64,000 bases of DNA from Octopus vulgaris (taxonomy: Eukaryota): positions 35,278,001-35,342,000 of the forward strand of contig OX597819.1 in assembly GCA_951406725.2 (NCBI GenBank). Reading direction: 5' to 3'. Numbering within the stretch: position 1 is the first letter of the stretch; every line of letters starts with the position of its first letter. This document shows, in pieces, positions 24,173 to 38,393 of the stretch. Made by a program: the position numbers and the translations under genes. The notes beneath the pieces were generated by a model. That model ran no database searches and was not told where the DNA came from. It saw nothing but the letters and a program-made list of their open reading frames with translations.

Positions 24173-26394
24173 CTGAACAAATCATCGAAAAATTTCAGGT
24201 TAATGCCAAGATAAATAAACAAGACATTTGTTAAACTATAAGTACCGTCTTTGCTTCAAAGCAGCAAAACAATTTCAAATAACACTGAATAACTCTTCGC
24301 AATTGACAAAACTGTATGCTTTTATTTTAATAGAAGTACAAAGAAAAAATATTACCACAAAATGAACATTCAGAAATATAATTTAGAAATTAATATTGAT
24401 AAAACTCAAAATAATTTAGCATTTCACAGAGGATAATCCATAAACAATTTTGAAATAAATCATTTTAAAGTGATATGAACCATTTTATGGTATTAGATTT
24501 CTTTTCATTTTCATTTTATTTTCTAATCTTAAGAGACAAAACACATCTAACATCTACTATGAATTCAATCTCTAAAACAACCTTCAGAGTTTTATAAAAA
24601 GTGTTTTAAAAACAAAGGGTTGTTTTAAATACAAATTATGAAATTTGTAACTTTTTAATGATCAAAGAATTCAGTTTCATAGTAGGGGTGTAGAGTAAAT
24701 TTTTTTAAAATTTAGCTATAAGCTTAAAGCTGAAAGGAACATCCCATAAGTAAGAAAATAGTCTATAATCCAACTAATTTGATTACTTCTTAAAGCTTAA
24801 GGTCTTTTTAGAGTTAATTTTCTCAACATTAGTACAGTACATGAACATATTTTAACAGAGTCAAAGCAAAATTGACTCTGGCATGAAGCACTGGTATTTT
24901 AAAAAATATCATAGAGCTCTTTACTATCAGTGTCAACTCCACTACTAGGCATAAGTAATGTAAGCAAATAGATAACTATAAATGAAATGTATATGGCATA
25001 TGTCATGTGAGTTACAGCTTGGTCCTGCAAATATAACATGAGCTACTATTTGTAAATATCAAAAATGATATGTTATGAGGATAGTTTTAATTTCATTCTT
25101 TAAATCATTACTAGTTAGGATTTGCAAAGAAGTATATCTGCTTATTTAATGTAATTTAAGCGCTTCATTACAGAAAATTGTACCTCGTTTGTTATGTTGA
25201 ATTTTATTGCATTAAAAAGTAGTAGTAATTTATTTTGCATCTCAAACATATTATTAAACTTACTTAACATAATTATTTTATTGCAGTAGTTGAAAAATAG
25301 AATATTAAAATAATTGTGCTTTTTACATAAAAATGAAGCCTGAGAATTTTAGATGAGATGAAATTTGGGGTTGTAACATTCATATCATTGTTAAAAGCAT
25401 GAGCAATATAATCAGAAGGAAAGAGTTTCAGCTGGAAATTAAAACTAGATGATAGACTTTAAAAAGAAAGTATTAAAAAGTAAGGGATGAGGATTAAAGC
25501 AATTCAAGGTTGTTATTTTTTTTTTTTTTGCATGAATAATATTTTATCAAGGATACAAATAACAGAAGGAATTTATTAAAGATTAAAAACAATATTTGAA
25601 GAAATAAATATATAAGGAAAAATGAGATAAATGGTATCTAATTGAAATATTACAGTTTTCAATTTGGATCATGGTATCACTTATGTCATTGATTATAATA
25701 TATGATCTTGGAGCAGGACATGAGAGGAAGTGATGAAAGTTAGATCTATTGATGAGCCTCACACAAAAGATGACACTAAACTGAGAGAAGTAGTGATATA
25801 TTGTGCAGTTCATGAGAAAAAACAAACTGATGTTTAAAATATGATCATGATGATGATAGTAATGATGCTGACAAGAAGGATTTGTAAACTACATAGAGAA
25901 GTAGGAATTGTAGAAATTAAGATGTATTTGAAACTAGATTTACAAAAATATACATTTGGTTGTAAATTAAAAAAAAAAAATAATCATAATTTCTGAAGGG
26001 AGGGGTGAAGAAGAAAAATAAAACATTTCAAAATAATTATAATAATGATTCCTTTACTTGCCACAAGGGCACAAAATAATAGTAATAACATTTAAATATA
26101 AATACTGAAAGAGGAAATGGAAGATAGTTATGACCAATGGTTCCGTTACATTCTCAGAATGCATCAACATGCAACATTCCATTTTAAGTTCAAATTAAAG
26201 TAAAAAAAAAAAAGAAAACAAACAAAATATTTACAATATATGACAATAAAAAACAAACATAGTTTTAGAGAATGATAAAAGGAAAAAAAATGAATAAATA
26301 AAAAAAGTAACGTGATACGAGAAAGCACTTTGACATTAGTTTAGCTAAACTAAGGCAAAAATGAAGAGGCAAAAATAAGAAACAAAATATTTAC

Positions 26395-26538
26395 CATTAG
26401 AAGAACATCCAAACTCATCTGAACCATCACCACATTGAGGTACTCCATCACAAACATTCGCCAGCTCAATGCATTCTACACCGATACTCTTAGAACCTCT
26501 TTCCTCACACTCAAAATGATGTTTGTCACATTGTTTTC
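26395..26538 (-). CDS. LRP11: Exon 4 of the LRP11-like gene: LDL-receptor class A repeat
   Basis: tttttag|GA ... G|GTAAAT, 144 nt, phase 1-1; CDKHHFEC...CIELANVCDGVPQCGDGSDEFGC with the CDG..QC.DGSDE..C calcium-binding signature. Confidence 0.92.
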
Positions 26539-29500
26539 CTAAAAATATAAGCAATAATAACACAACGTTTTATCATTAGCAAAAATATTCTCCTGTAAAA
26601 TATAACAACTGGTTAAAATGTATTTTGCTCATCCAAATATAAATCTATTTTCAATTTTAAGTTTATCTCACCCATTAAGTCAATTAACAAAGAATTTCTA
26701 CCAGAGGAAAAAAAGAATTTCTACTTCAGTGTTTCTCAGAGAAGGGGCCAGCCCCTATCTGTAAGTGAATGTGGGGGTTCAGGAAGATAGAGAAAGAAGT
26801 TGATTAATTGCCATTATTATCATTTTTAACATCCATTTTCCATGTTGGCATGGGCTGGTTGATTTGACAGGAGCCAACATGCCAGTTGACTGCACCAAGC
26901 TCCAATATTTGCTTTAACAGGGTATATATGGCTGGATACCCTTCCTAATGTCAACTGCTTCACAGAGTGTAGTGGGTGCCTTTTACATAGCACCAACACA
27001 AGTGAAATCAACAAGTAATTTGCAAGACAAGACCCCTCAACTGAGGCAAGGGGTATTAATGAAAGTAGTTTTATGCCAGGTAATGAGAAGTTTAAAAAAT
27101 TATAGAGGGACAGAAACAAGTGCAGTAGAGGAAATAGTTTTAAACTTTTAAAACTTGTCTACCCTCACAGTGAAGGAAGACCAATAATATGAATGCAGAA
27201 CTGGCAAAGTCATTAGAGCTGCAGAGTATTTGTTCCAACTTTCTAAGTTCAAATAAAACCAAGGTCAACCTTGCTTTGTTTTTTTTTCAGAGTCAATGGA
27301 AAAGTACCAGTCTAGAACTGTTAAGGTGTTGGGTGAGAAGCCTTATGGTATCTCTTCCAGTCTTTTGCATTCTGAATTCAAATCCTACATGAAAACTAGA
27401 CTTAATCCATTACCTGCTCTAACACCCCAACCTGGCACCTTGGGTGCCTTTAGTGGAGTCAACTCTATTGCAAGCATTTAGGCCAGGTGCCCATTTTGAA
27501 AATACTTTCCTCCCTCCTTCCCACTAGTCTTGAAGAGCATTGTGAAGTATCACTGATACTACCTTCCTAATCAAAATACTAAAACAAAACAAAACTTTGT
27601 TGTGCCTAGGGAAAGTCATTATGCCAGTATTAATAACACACACACTGGTTCAATTCCACTCCTTCATTATCAGTCAATTGGCTAAATATCCAGTTAACTA
27701 ATTGATTGTCTGATTTTGTTTGTTTTTTGTTGTCCAAAGGTCTTTTGTTGCTATCTGCAACCTTTTCAATGACTGTTCTCTTAGTCAATGAATTCTATTT
27801 TGTCTTCTCATCATAAAAAGAGGAGTGGGCAAAAAATTTCATTAACACCTTGGTAGGTGGCTGGGGTTGGTATTTGACAGTTTGAGAACCATTAATCTAC
27901 TACATAATGTGATGGGTGCACATTCACTTTTCTATGCAAGCAGTGATATGTATTTTGCAACAGCCACATAACAATCTAACTATTATTTAACTGTAGAAGA
28001 ATAATAGTGAATATTTTTCAGCCAAATAGGCACCATGTAATGAGTCATAAGTTCAACCAAACTTGCATAACTAGTTACAATGGTATCTTCAAAGTGACCT
28101 AGATAAAAACAAGTTTATTCAAACTAGCAGCAGAAAATAAAGATATTTTGGAAAGACTGGACTCTAACTTAAGATAGCCAAGATAAATATGAATTTATGA
28201 TGTTAGACAAAATAATATAGGATCTGAGCGAACTGTGATTAATAAGGAACCAATTCAGAGTAGATATTGTTTCTGATATTAAAAACAGAAATGTAAGTGC
28301 AGTTAAGTTCAGTCATTTCTAGAATCTTTATAGTTTAATTTGTTTTTACTGAAGTTCTTTTCTACAATCACAGAGAGATAAGGCTGTAACACTGTTACAG
28401 ATATTCTCGTTGCCAGTAATGAAAAAAATCTAATCTTACATTAAAGTACAGCAGTATACAAACTAGAATGAACTTCAGAAGACAATAAGACATTACAAAC
28501 CAGCTAAAAAGTATCTTCTCCATACTTAAAAACCCTAACTATCTGATGGTAGGCTTTGACTCAGAGGTTTTCTTTATTAGTACCTTCAAGAAAACTGTGA
28601 AGATTCTAGAAAAATCAAAATCAAGGAAATTAAAAAGAATATTCCAAGATTTGAGGAACTCTAAATAACAATGTTGTGTCAACTGCAGATAAACATGGAG
28701 TAGTTAACAAATGAATGACTCCTTCTGTATTCAACCAAGTACATATATAACTCTGTGGTCTACAACATAGCTATGTGGTTACAAATTTGGTTCCACTGCA
28801 AGACATTTTTGGCAAGAGATTTTCGTAGCAGCAGGTAGACAATGTGTGAAATTTGGCAGATGGAAACTGTACAAATGCCCATATTGTGTGTGTGCGCGTG
28901 TGTGTGTGTGCACGCACGCGCATGTGTATCAATGTCTTTTGCTGTTACTTGTCAGCAAAAGATGTAAGCATCAATGATAGAACAGGTGTTCTTTGAACAA
29001 AATTCTTTGTGAGAATGAAGTTCTTTGTATCAACTACCAGACACTCTCTTGACACAGCTTCTCAATGGACTAGTCCCTAGAACCCACAACCAACTATAAT
29101 ATAGTTCACAAATTTTGATATAAAATAAATAATATATGCTCTCATCGTTCATCATCCGCTTTCCATGCTGGCATGGGTTGGATGATTTTGACTGAAGGCT
29201 GGCAAACCAGATGGCTGCACCAGGCTCTAGTCTTGATCTGGCAGAGTTTCTACAGCTGGATGCCCTTCCTAATGCCAACCAGTCCGAGAGTGTAGTGGAT
29301 GCTTTTTACGTGCCATCGGCACGGGGGCCAGTCAGGTGGTACTGGCAATGACCTCGCTAGAATCTTTTTACACGTGCCACCTGTGCTCTGTTATATAATA
29401 ATGTCAAACTCCATTCTTATCTATCAATTGCAGTTGTCATTCATAGTCAACCCTTCAATAGTCTACATTCCTGTAGTAAAGAACTAAAAGACATTCTAAG

Positions 29501-30238
29501 TTCCAATATCTTGAATTTTTTAGCAATGTTTCAAAGACAGATATTCTTTTCCAGAAAATGGTGTTTCAGAATCTGAGTATTTCAGATTAACTCAGATTAA
29601 TTTCAGAGTTAATCATTAGCTGGAATGATTCCAGCTAATGATTAACTCAATACTATAAGTATACCAAATTCCACACCAGGTCTAGTAACATCATTAGTAA
29701 TAACTTGTCAAAAGCCTGCAATCTCGGTGTCTTTAAAACAGTAGTAAGGAGATTAGGTTTCCTTTTCAGCAATAAAAAATATACATATACTTTAGTCCTA
29801 AGCAGCTATAAAGCTTCATAATGCCTTTTCCTTATCCATGTTGTAAAAGTAGTCCTGTATTTGGAAATCTAATATGTACCTCATGTTTTAAAGTGTCAGA
29901 TCATGTCACAAAAAGAAAATGTATTTACTTGTTAGACAAACTTACCACCATAAAGTTACTAATAACTGACCACCTACTGGGATATTGTTACTTCTCTACA
30001 CCTCTTAATATACTATTCCTCTCTGTACTTGCCCAATATCACATTGGGTTTACTTGTCATTACTTTACTTTACTACATTCTCCTAAACATTATGTGTTTC
30101 ATTCCACCTCTTTCAAAGAGCCTATACTTACCACTTTCTCTCCTAGATTCTATCTCTGCCAACACTACTCCTATTCTATATAATGGTGAAAGCTAATCAA
30201 TAATCTTACGAATGTTACAGAATATTTTGCCCTCATAG

Positions 30239-30424
30239 ACCAAGAAAATACCTATAAGACCACTAACCACAGCAAAAGAGTTTCATAAGTCCACTTATTA
30301 CATCAGGAGGGTTTCATAAAACCACTAGCCAAGCCAGGAAAGTCCTACAAGGCTGCTAATCAAACCAGGAAAGTCCTATAAAACTACTAATTAGATCAGG
30401 AAAATTCCATAACACTGCTAATCA
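30239..30424. repeat. Degenerate 31-bp minisatellite, about 6 units
   Basis: Consensus about aaccaggaaagtcctataagaccactaatca. Confidence 0.8.
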
Positions 30425-30814
30425 GCCATTCTGTCTAAGAATAAAAATGTTTATTGAACCAATGTGAGTATCACTACATAGCCATTTGATCTGTTAGAAA
30501 TAGTAGCATATGTCCCTCTTTATCCTCTATCATCTTGAAAAGAAAGAGATGCACTGAAAAATGTAGCCTTTGATCTGCAATGCCTGATTGAAGACTAGGA
30601 TGGTCATGAATGGAAACAACTGTTTATCATAAGTCTGCTCAGTCAGAAATGATCAGGGGCTAAATAACAAAAACAATGGTAACTACAATAAAAAAAAGAC
30701 TGATATTTAAAAAGCAATTATGGTAATTTTTCTTTCATTCCAAGAAATTATTCTATATAAATATTCCAAGTCATGAGTCTTGATAGCAAAATTGAACTGA
30801 AAAGGGATACTCAC

Positions 30815-30928
30815 TGCAAATTCCATATTTGATGATATAGCCCTCCTGACACCTACATTTTTCTTGAATACATTCTGCATGTTTATCCTCACATTCATCT
30901 GCTGGTGTACACACATCATCAAGAGACA
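30815..30928 (-). CDS. LRP11: Exon 3 of the LRP11-like gene: EB/EGF-like six-cysteine module
   Basis: ttttag|TG ... A|GTGAGT, 114 nt, phase 1-1; VSLDDVCTPADECEDKHAECIQEKCRCQEGYIIKYGIC. Confidence 0.88.
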
Positions 30929-31430
30929 CTAAAATAGAAATATTGCACAAATCCATTTTAATTAAAAATGGCAGTATGGTGTATAAAACACTAAATGGGG
31001 ATATCAATAAATATGGTGTATAAAAAATATTTATATCAAATTAAACATATATTAAATAGTGACATGAATAAAGTATTTAACATCTCTCCTGTTTCCCATA
31101 TTGTGTTCCACCAGGCACTGTGCTAACCTTTACACCCAATCCATCATTCCCAGGACGTCACTCTTCTGGAATCCCCTCTCTGCAAACATCTGCACAGTTG
31201 TTGATTTGCAAAGATTTAAGATGAATATTAATGTTGACGTTATTGATCGTGGAAGTCAGCAAACCATTAAAGAAAAAAAAAATGAACCAACAGTGCTTTC
31301 TGACATGCAAGTGGAAATGTGCTACAAACACAATTCTTTCATTCTTTTAGTAGCATCTGTTACTGTACAGAAGCCATGCTGGAGCACAGCATTCATGGTT
31401 TTATATGACTCTATCTACCACAATACACTG

Positions 31431-33665
31431 TCATCATCATCATTTAATGTCTGTTGTCCATGCTGGCATAGGTTGGATGGTTTGACTGGGCTGGCATGCT
31501 AGAAGGCTGCACCAGTCTGATTTGGCAGCGTTTTCTATGGCTGGATGCCCTTCCTAATGCCAACCACTGTGAGAATGTAATGGATGCTTTTACATTCCAC
31601 CGGCACAGGTGCCATTAGCATGATATCAGGGTGTGTTTATGTGCCACCAGCAGAGGTGCCAATTTGTGTGACACTGGTATCTGCCATGACTGCAATTTTG
31701 CTCAGCTTGAAGGGTCTTCTCAAGCACAACATAATGCCAAAGGTCTTCGTCATTGCCTTTGTGAAACCCAACACTCGAAAGGAACTCAACCACTTTGCCT
31801 CCGTGTGGCCCAACACTCAAAAGGAACTCAGCCACTTTGCTTCCATCAGGCCCAACACTTGAAAGGAACTCAGCCACTTTGCCTCCGTGAGGCAAGATGA
31901 TCTTCACATGCCACTAGCATGGGTGCATTTGGCTTAACAAGTCCTCTCAAGCACAGCACATCACTAAAAGTCTCAGTCATTGCCTCTGTGAGGTTTAAAG
32001 TTCGAAGGTCATGCTTCACCACCTCGTCCCATGTCTGCCTGGGTCTACGTCTACCACAGGTTCCCTCCACAGTTAGAGACTGACACTTCTTTACACAGCT
32101 GTCCTCATCCATACACATCACATGACCATACCAGCAGTCATCTCTCTTGTACACTGCATCTGGTTCTTTTTATGCCTAACTTTTCTCTCATGATACTTAC
32201 ACTCTGTTGAACATGCACACTGACATTGCATATCAAGCGAAGCATAGTGGCTTCGTTTCTTTCAAGCCTACACATATATGTCCTCAGCTGTCATAGCCCA
32301 TATTTCACTGCCATGCAGCATAGCTGTTTGCACACAGGCATCAAACAATTTCCTTTCACTCTGAGAGAGAGGCCGTTTGTTGCCAGCAGAGGTAGGAGCT
32401 CTCTGAACTTTGCCCAGCCTAATCTTATTCTCACAGCTATGCTCTCAGACCACCCACCTCCACTACTAACTTGGTCACCTAGATAATGGAAGCTATCTAC
32501 TACATCTAGCTTGCCTCACTGGCAGTTGATGGAATTTATTTTCAGTGCATTTTCAGCATTGGTTGTACTTGTGCACCTTCCACATGCAAAATTTAGTTTC
32601 CCTGTTAACCTTCTTTTGATGTTGCTGCACCTTTTATGTATCCAAAGCTTACACCAAGTGCATCTGATGAAGTTTCTACCTACACCTTTTCTACAGATTG
32701 AGCAGGGCCATCTACCTGAAGGAATTTATGATTTGTCTGCCTTCCTACTTACTATGACTGGTTTTTGCTAGGTTAACTCTAAAGCCCTTTGATTCTAGAC
32801 CATACTTCCATATCTAGAATTTCTTCTCTAGTTCAGGTGTGATTCAGCTATAAGAGCAAGGTCATCAGCATAGAGGAGCTCCCAAGGGCAGCCTGTCTTG
32901 AATTCCTGTTATTGCCTGAAGGACTATGATGAACAAGAGGGGGATGAGCACCGATCCTTGGTGAACCCCTATTTGTATCCTGAATTCTTCGCTGTACTTC
33001 CCACCCTCACCTTACTTGTAGCAAGGCAGGTATTTTTCCTGCAGTTGCCTTACCAGAAATATAGCATCATTGGTGCTTCTATCTGATGCAACGTCAAACT
33101 GCATCCAATATAGACTAACTCTCTCCCTAATTAGCTGGGCTATGACCCTCTCTGTAACTTTTATCACCTGATTCAACAATTTGATACCTCTGTAATTATT
33201 TCTATTTAAGGTATCACCTTTTCCTTTGTAGCAGTTGACTATGGTGCTGCTACACCAGTCATTGGGTATGATTCCTTCATGAGCCATCTGATTTACAATA
33301 TATATGACTAGACCATAACCCACACCACCAGATATTTTAAGCATCTCAGCAGTGATTTCTGATGGGCCAGGGGCTTCCCTGTCTTGATATCCTTAATTGC
33401 TTTATCTACCAGGGTACTGTCGATTAGGGTAGCTGGTTCCTCAATTGGCAGACTCTCCTCTTCCCATTCATTCTCCACGTTTAGCAGTCTTTCATAACGG
33501 CATCTCCAAGCCTCTTTCTTTGTTGACTCATTAAAAGCAAGTGCACCATCATCCATGCAGACACATTTCTCTCCTATGACATCGCAATTTTCTCTCACAC
33601 ACTGTCTTGCAATCCAAAATACTTCAGTTCTTTGGTCCTCACGATGCTGAACATTGGCAAACTCC
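31431..33665 (-). mobile_element. 5'-truncated RTE-clade LINE (decayed reverse transcriptase, 3' UTR, (GAT)n tail)
   Basis: NYRGIKLL, DAIFLVRQLQEKY, PWELLYADDLAL, C-terminal WYGHV..GRRRPRQTW; 3' UTR has 39-bp tandem repeats at about 31760-31895. Confidence 0.9.
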
Positions 33666-34568
33666 TTTTTTACTGATGCATTTTATCAAACAGGGAGGCA
33701 GATGAAAGGTAGAGTTAAGTAGGTGTACAAAAGGAAACTAATGTGAAACTAGATACTGCAAAGTATTTTCAGTCAGCATACATTTTGATTCCCATTGGTG
33801 ATACACACACACACATACTCATATATATATGTATGCTGCAGTTTGGAGAAAAATTCTAGCACAAAGGTTCTTAACTAAAATCATGACAGAAATTTTATAT
33901 TTGAATATGAACACTTTAAAACAGTTTTGTATCATGGAATCTATCAGATGTGGATAGATATCAAAAGGGTAAGAGAGGGCCTTGACAGTTACTTTAGAAT
34001 GTAGTATAAATGAAAAAAAAAAAAAAGAAAAGAAACAGGAGCAGAATTGTTAGCACACCAGGCAAAATACTTAGCAGCATTTTATCTGTCTTTATGTTGA
34101 GTTCAAGTTCTGCCATGGTCAACTTTGCCTTTCATTCTTTCAGGGTTGATAAAATAAGTACCAGTTGAGCATTGGGGTCAATATAATTAACTTACCTCCT
34201 CCCCCAAACTTGCCGGCCTCGTGCAAAAATTTGAAACCAATCATCATCATTTAACATCTGTTGTCCATATTGGCACGGACTGGATGGTGTGACCAGAGCT
34301 AGCAAGCCAGGACCAGATTCCAGTCTGACTGGACCTGGTTTCTATGGCTGGATGCCCTTCCTAACGCCAACCACTTTGCAAAGTGTGCTGGGTGCTTTTA
34401 TGTGGCACTGCACAGGCACTTTTACATGGCACTGCATGGGTACTGTACAAACACTTTTACGTGACTCCACACAGGTGCTTTTATGTGCATGGGCGCTTTT
34501 ATGTAGCATGCAAAAGTACATAGAATAAAGAAAGAAAACTATAGCAAAATAAATAAACATTTGGTTAC

Positions 34569-34842
34569 CTATTTTTGTTCTTTTTTTCAAAGTAGTAGGC
34601 TGGAATGTAGTATGGGTTGTTGTTGTTGTTGTAGTTGTGGTACTCTGTACTATAGAGTCCTTTGAAGAGCCTTGGTTATCGAGGCCTGCCAGTTCACTTT
34701 CATGTTTGATTGCAAGGTGTGCATGAGATGTCTCCACTTTATTTTTTATTTGCTGGAAATTCATGGAGATGTAGCTGTTGTGTGGGGCAAAAACACAAAC
34801 ACTTGGATTTCCACAGTCAAAAAGGTAACAGCTGTGGTCCTT
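34569..34842 (-). CDS. LRP11: Exon 2 of the LRP11-like gene: C-terminal half of MANSC domain plus Thr-rich linker
   Basis: Acceptor ttttgcag|AAG (NAGNAG); KDHSCYLFDCGNPSVCVFAPHNSY completes the MANSC cysteine pattern in frame with exon 1; donor G|GTAACC (phase 0 to 1). Confidence 0.88.
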
Positions 34843-35028
34843 CTGCAAAATTATAGTATGAAAAAAAAAAAATAAAGCAATTTTCGTGAAGAGCAAAACA
34901 ATTTAATCTTAGAAGAATAAAGGAAATGCATTTTGTGACAATGTTTTAAGATGGTTTATAATAAAATCTACTATATCATATCAGCAGTAATAGTGAAACT
35001 GTTGCTACGACCACCACTACCATAGCCA

Positions 35029-35321
35029 AATATATAAATGCAAATATATGGGAAACTACCACCTGTGTCATCTCTTGTGAAAGGTAGGAGAGTCCAGTTT
35101 GCTGGACATTGTTGTAGAGCTGAAAACGAGGCAATTTCTACTCTTCTCCTCTGGAAGCCATCTACTCGCGATACCAGAGGGTGCACACTCTCCTACCCTG
35201 ATGTAATCTCCAGGGATACAGGCATCCAGCAACAGGACCTCCATAATGCTATGATGGACCATGAAGCCTGGCGTAGCATGGTAAATTCCATTGTCTCAAC
35301 CACGGTTGAACAATGATGATG
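35029..35321 (+). mobile_element. Short 5'-truncated RTE-type LINE of a second family with 10-bp TSD
   Basis: C-terminal RRVQFAGHCCR..LLLWKP..AMMDHEAWR, stop, (TGA)n tail; direct repeat accatagcca at 35019-35028 and 35322-35331. Confidence 0.85.
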
Positions 35322-37793
35322 ACCATAGCCAGTAACAACAACAGTGAATCTATCGCATCACAATCATCATCAGTAGCAACAATAAAAGTTTTTCTTTTTT
35401 ATCATCATTAATAAAGTATTTCTCCTGATTTCTCTCAGTCTTCCTGTATTGCCTATTTACTTGAGGTTTTTTTTTTTTACTTTACTCCACTTTACTACAT
35501 ACGACCAGTTAATCCTTCTGATAACATAGTTCTTATGAAATAGTAACACAACACTTTTCCATATTAATTAAGCTGGTATTAATGAAGAATTAGTTTTCTC
35601 ATAAAATATAGATACTTTAAAACAAGAGGGTTGTTATCGAAAGGGTTAATCCTTATTGTTCATTTTCCCAATTTCATCTCTATAGCTTACTTGTCAAAAA
35701 CAATTAGCAAATGACTTGTCAATGCATCCAAATTCTATTCCACTTGAAATGTGTTCATATGCTTGCACATAAAAACGCTCCTTCACATTTTCTTTTTATT
35801 GTAATTGGAAAAAGAGACCTCTCAATGTTCTTTTTCTTAACTTCCTTTTTTTTTTTACACAGCAATAAACAATCACAGGTATGTCGTTCAACAGGTCTCA
35901 ATAACAAGCAATAAAGACTTTTAATAAAAACCATAGGATATATAATTACAAAAGGTGAATGGAATTGGGTTAGGATCCAATAATAATAAGAGAAGTTGAA
36001 CTTTTTTTTTCTGTGCTTAAAAATAATAACAATACAAGCAATGAGTTAGAATGATGTAAAATGACATAAACTAATCACAATTCAGACATTGTGAGTTATT
36101 TCATTTTTTATTTTATCTAGTTTCAGCTCACGAGCTGTGGCCATGCTGGGGCACCACCATTTATACTGTCACCGACAGTTATACTGTCAATTCAAAGACA
36201 TTTGTTTCATGATCAGTCCCAAAGACGAAAAGAATGACAATGAAATATAAGGAAAGCAAAGGTATCAAGCTCTATTTACTTGTGAAATCATTGAAAAATC
36301 TAACATATAACCTGAGCACATACCTAATAAATACAAGAACCAAAAGAATATACTCCAGAAACCTTCTGTTGTTATAAAAAGTAGACATGAAATATTTTGT
36401 GATCAGTTTTATTTTGAATCTCAGAATCTGTTTTTTTTTTATAACCACCCAATTATTATGCCACAAATCTTTACAAAACTTGAATAATCAACTGGAGAGA
36501 TTCTCAATAAACCATGTAGCTGGTTAAATATATCTTTATTGTTTTATCAATATATGGTATTTCATAAGGCAGTGAGCTGGCAGAAATGCTAGCACGCCGG
36601 GCGAAATGCTTTGCGGTATTCTGAGTTCAAATTCCACTGAAGTCGACTTTGCCTTTCATTCTTTCAGGGTCGATAAATTAAGCACCAGTTGCATACTGGG
36701 GTTGATCTAATCGATTGACCCCCTCCCCAAAAAATTTTGGTCATTGTTCCTAGAGTAGAAAAGAATATATGGTATTTCATGATTTTGGCACTGTTTCACA
36801 GGCTGGATGTTCTTTCAGTAACCAACCACTTTTCGCAAGTGATGACAAAGGAACACAAGAAATAGTGAGACACGTTGGAGAAGACCTGCCCAACACCTAT
36901 AAGCCTGATAAAGAATATGTAAAATTGATGAAGATGATGATGCCCATCTTATATCATGGAATCATATGTCACTATTTCTTTTTTAACTAGCATGAAAAAT
37001 ACAGATAGAATGGTTATTGAAAAAACAAAGTGTTTTTAACTGAATTTAAATAACTTAATTTTAAGTGGGAGTATGGTCTATTAATTAAATTCTATCACAG
37101 ATGAAATAACTAAAATGTATTTAGTAGATTATAAAGTCTGATATTGAACTTTCCTATAGCTGATTTATATTTGAGGGATTTAACATAATGAAACATGTAG
37201 CCAATCATTATCATCATCATCTTTTAATGTTTGCTTTCCATGCTGGGGCATGCATTGGGTGTTTTGACCAGAACAGGTAATTCAGAGAACTGTACCAGGT
37301 TCCAGTCTGATTTGGCTTGGTTTCTATGGCTGGAGTGGCACCAGCACAAGCGCTTGTAAATGGCACTGACACAGAATTCTTGCAGGCCAATCCGCTTTAT
37401 CAAGCGGGGCAGCCTTAACACTTCTGCTGTGGTGGATGGGTCTTCTTGAGAACAAGGCGAGTCATTAATGAGACAGTAGTTTATTACCCATGTGATACAG
37501 GTGTGCTTAATTAGAACTAACTAAAGCCTCTACAGAATAAAACTTCTATTAGTATACAACTAAGTTCTATGACAGAACTATGACTTTTTCACAATGGATC
37601 AATTACAACTTCTGTCATAAAATATATCAGTTTGCAATTTTTGCTTTCAATAATAATACAATAGACAATATTGTGAGCGATAGTAGAAGGTCTTGACTTG
37701 TTACAAATAGTAGTCATCAAATCTTACCCTATCATCTTAAAAAGAGACACATTTAATAATGTAGTCATATATATATATATATATATATATATA

Positions 37794-38353
37794 TCTTATG
37801 ATATATTATATAAAATCCATTCTGTTTGTCTGTATGTGTGTCTTCTAGGATCTCGGGCATCTTCCATCCGATTGCGCACAAATTTGATATGTAGATACCG
37901 ACGGTATCAGGGCATGTATAAGTCTTGAAAAAATTACAAAAATCGATTCCAGGTGAGAATGCAATTGATAAAGCCGTGGGAATGTGCATTTGTACACACA
38001 TTTGTACATCAGCTGTTGCGATCGATACTACGCGTACATGAGAAAAATGCACGTGTAGTTTGCGCAAAAAAAGCCGGCTGGTTTGAAATAATACCACAAA
38101 ATGCAGTATATTTAAGAGACCAAAAAAGTAAGATGCAAAAGAGATATTTTCTTCAAATTTGGCATGAAGGAAGGAAAGACTATTTGGTTTGTCAAGAAGT
38201 TTTTTTTTTGCCTTAACTTCGTTTAACAAAACCAAAACTTTTATTAAAATAAAGGCATGCTCAATTATTTTTTAATGAAAAGAAAACACTGATTGCTTTT
38301 TATTCAGCAGATATGATTCAGCACCGTCCATTGGATGGGGGCACGTTTTGCTC

Positions 38354-38354
<1 letters not shown>
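37794..38354 (+). mobile_element. Non-autonomous Helitron-like element in a (TA)n tract
   Basis: 5' TC terminus, internal ctgt-type microsatellite, subterminal hairpin cgtcca/tggatg, CTCG end, no TIR; second copy at 50320-50685. Confidence 0.65.
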
Positions 38355-38393
<39 letters not shown>

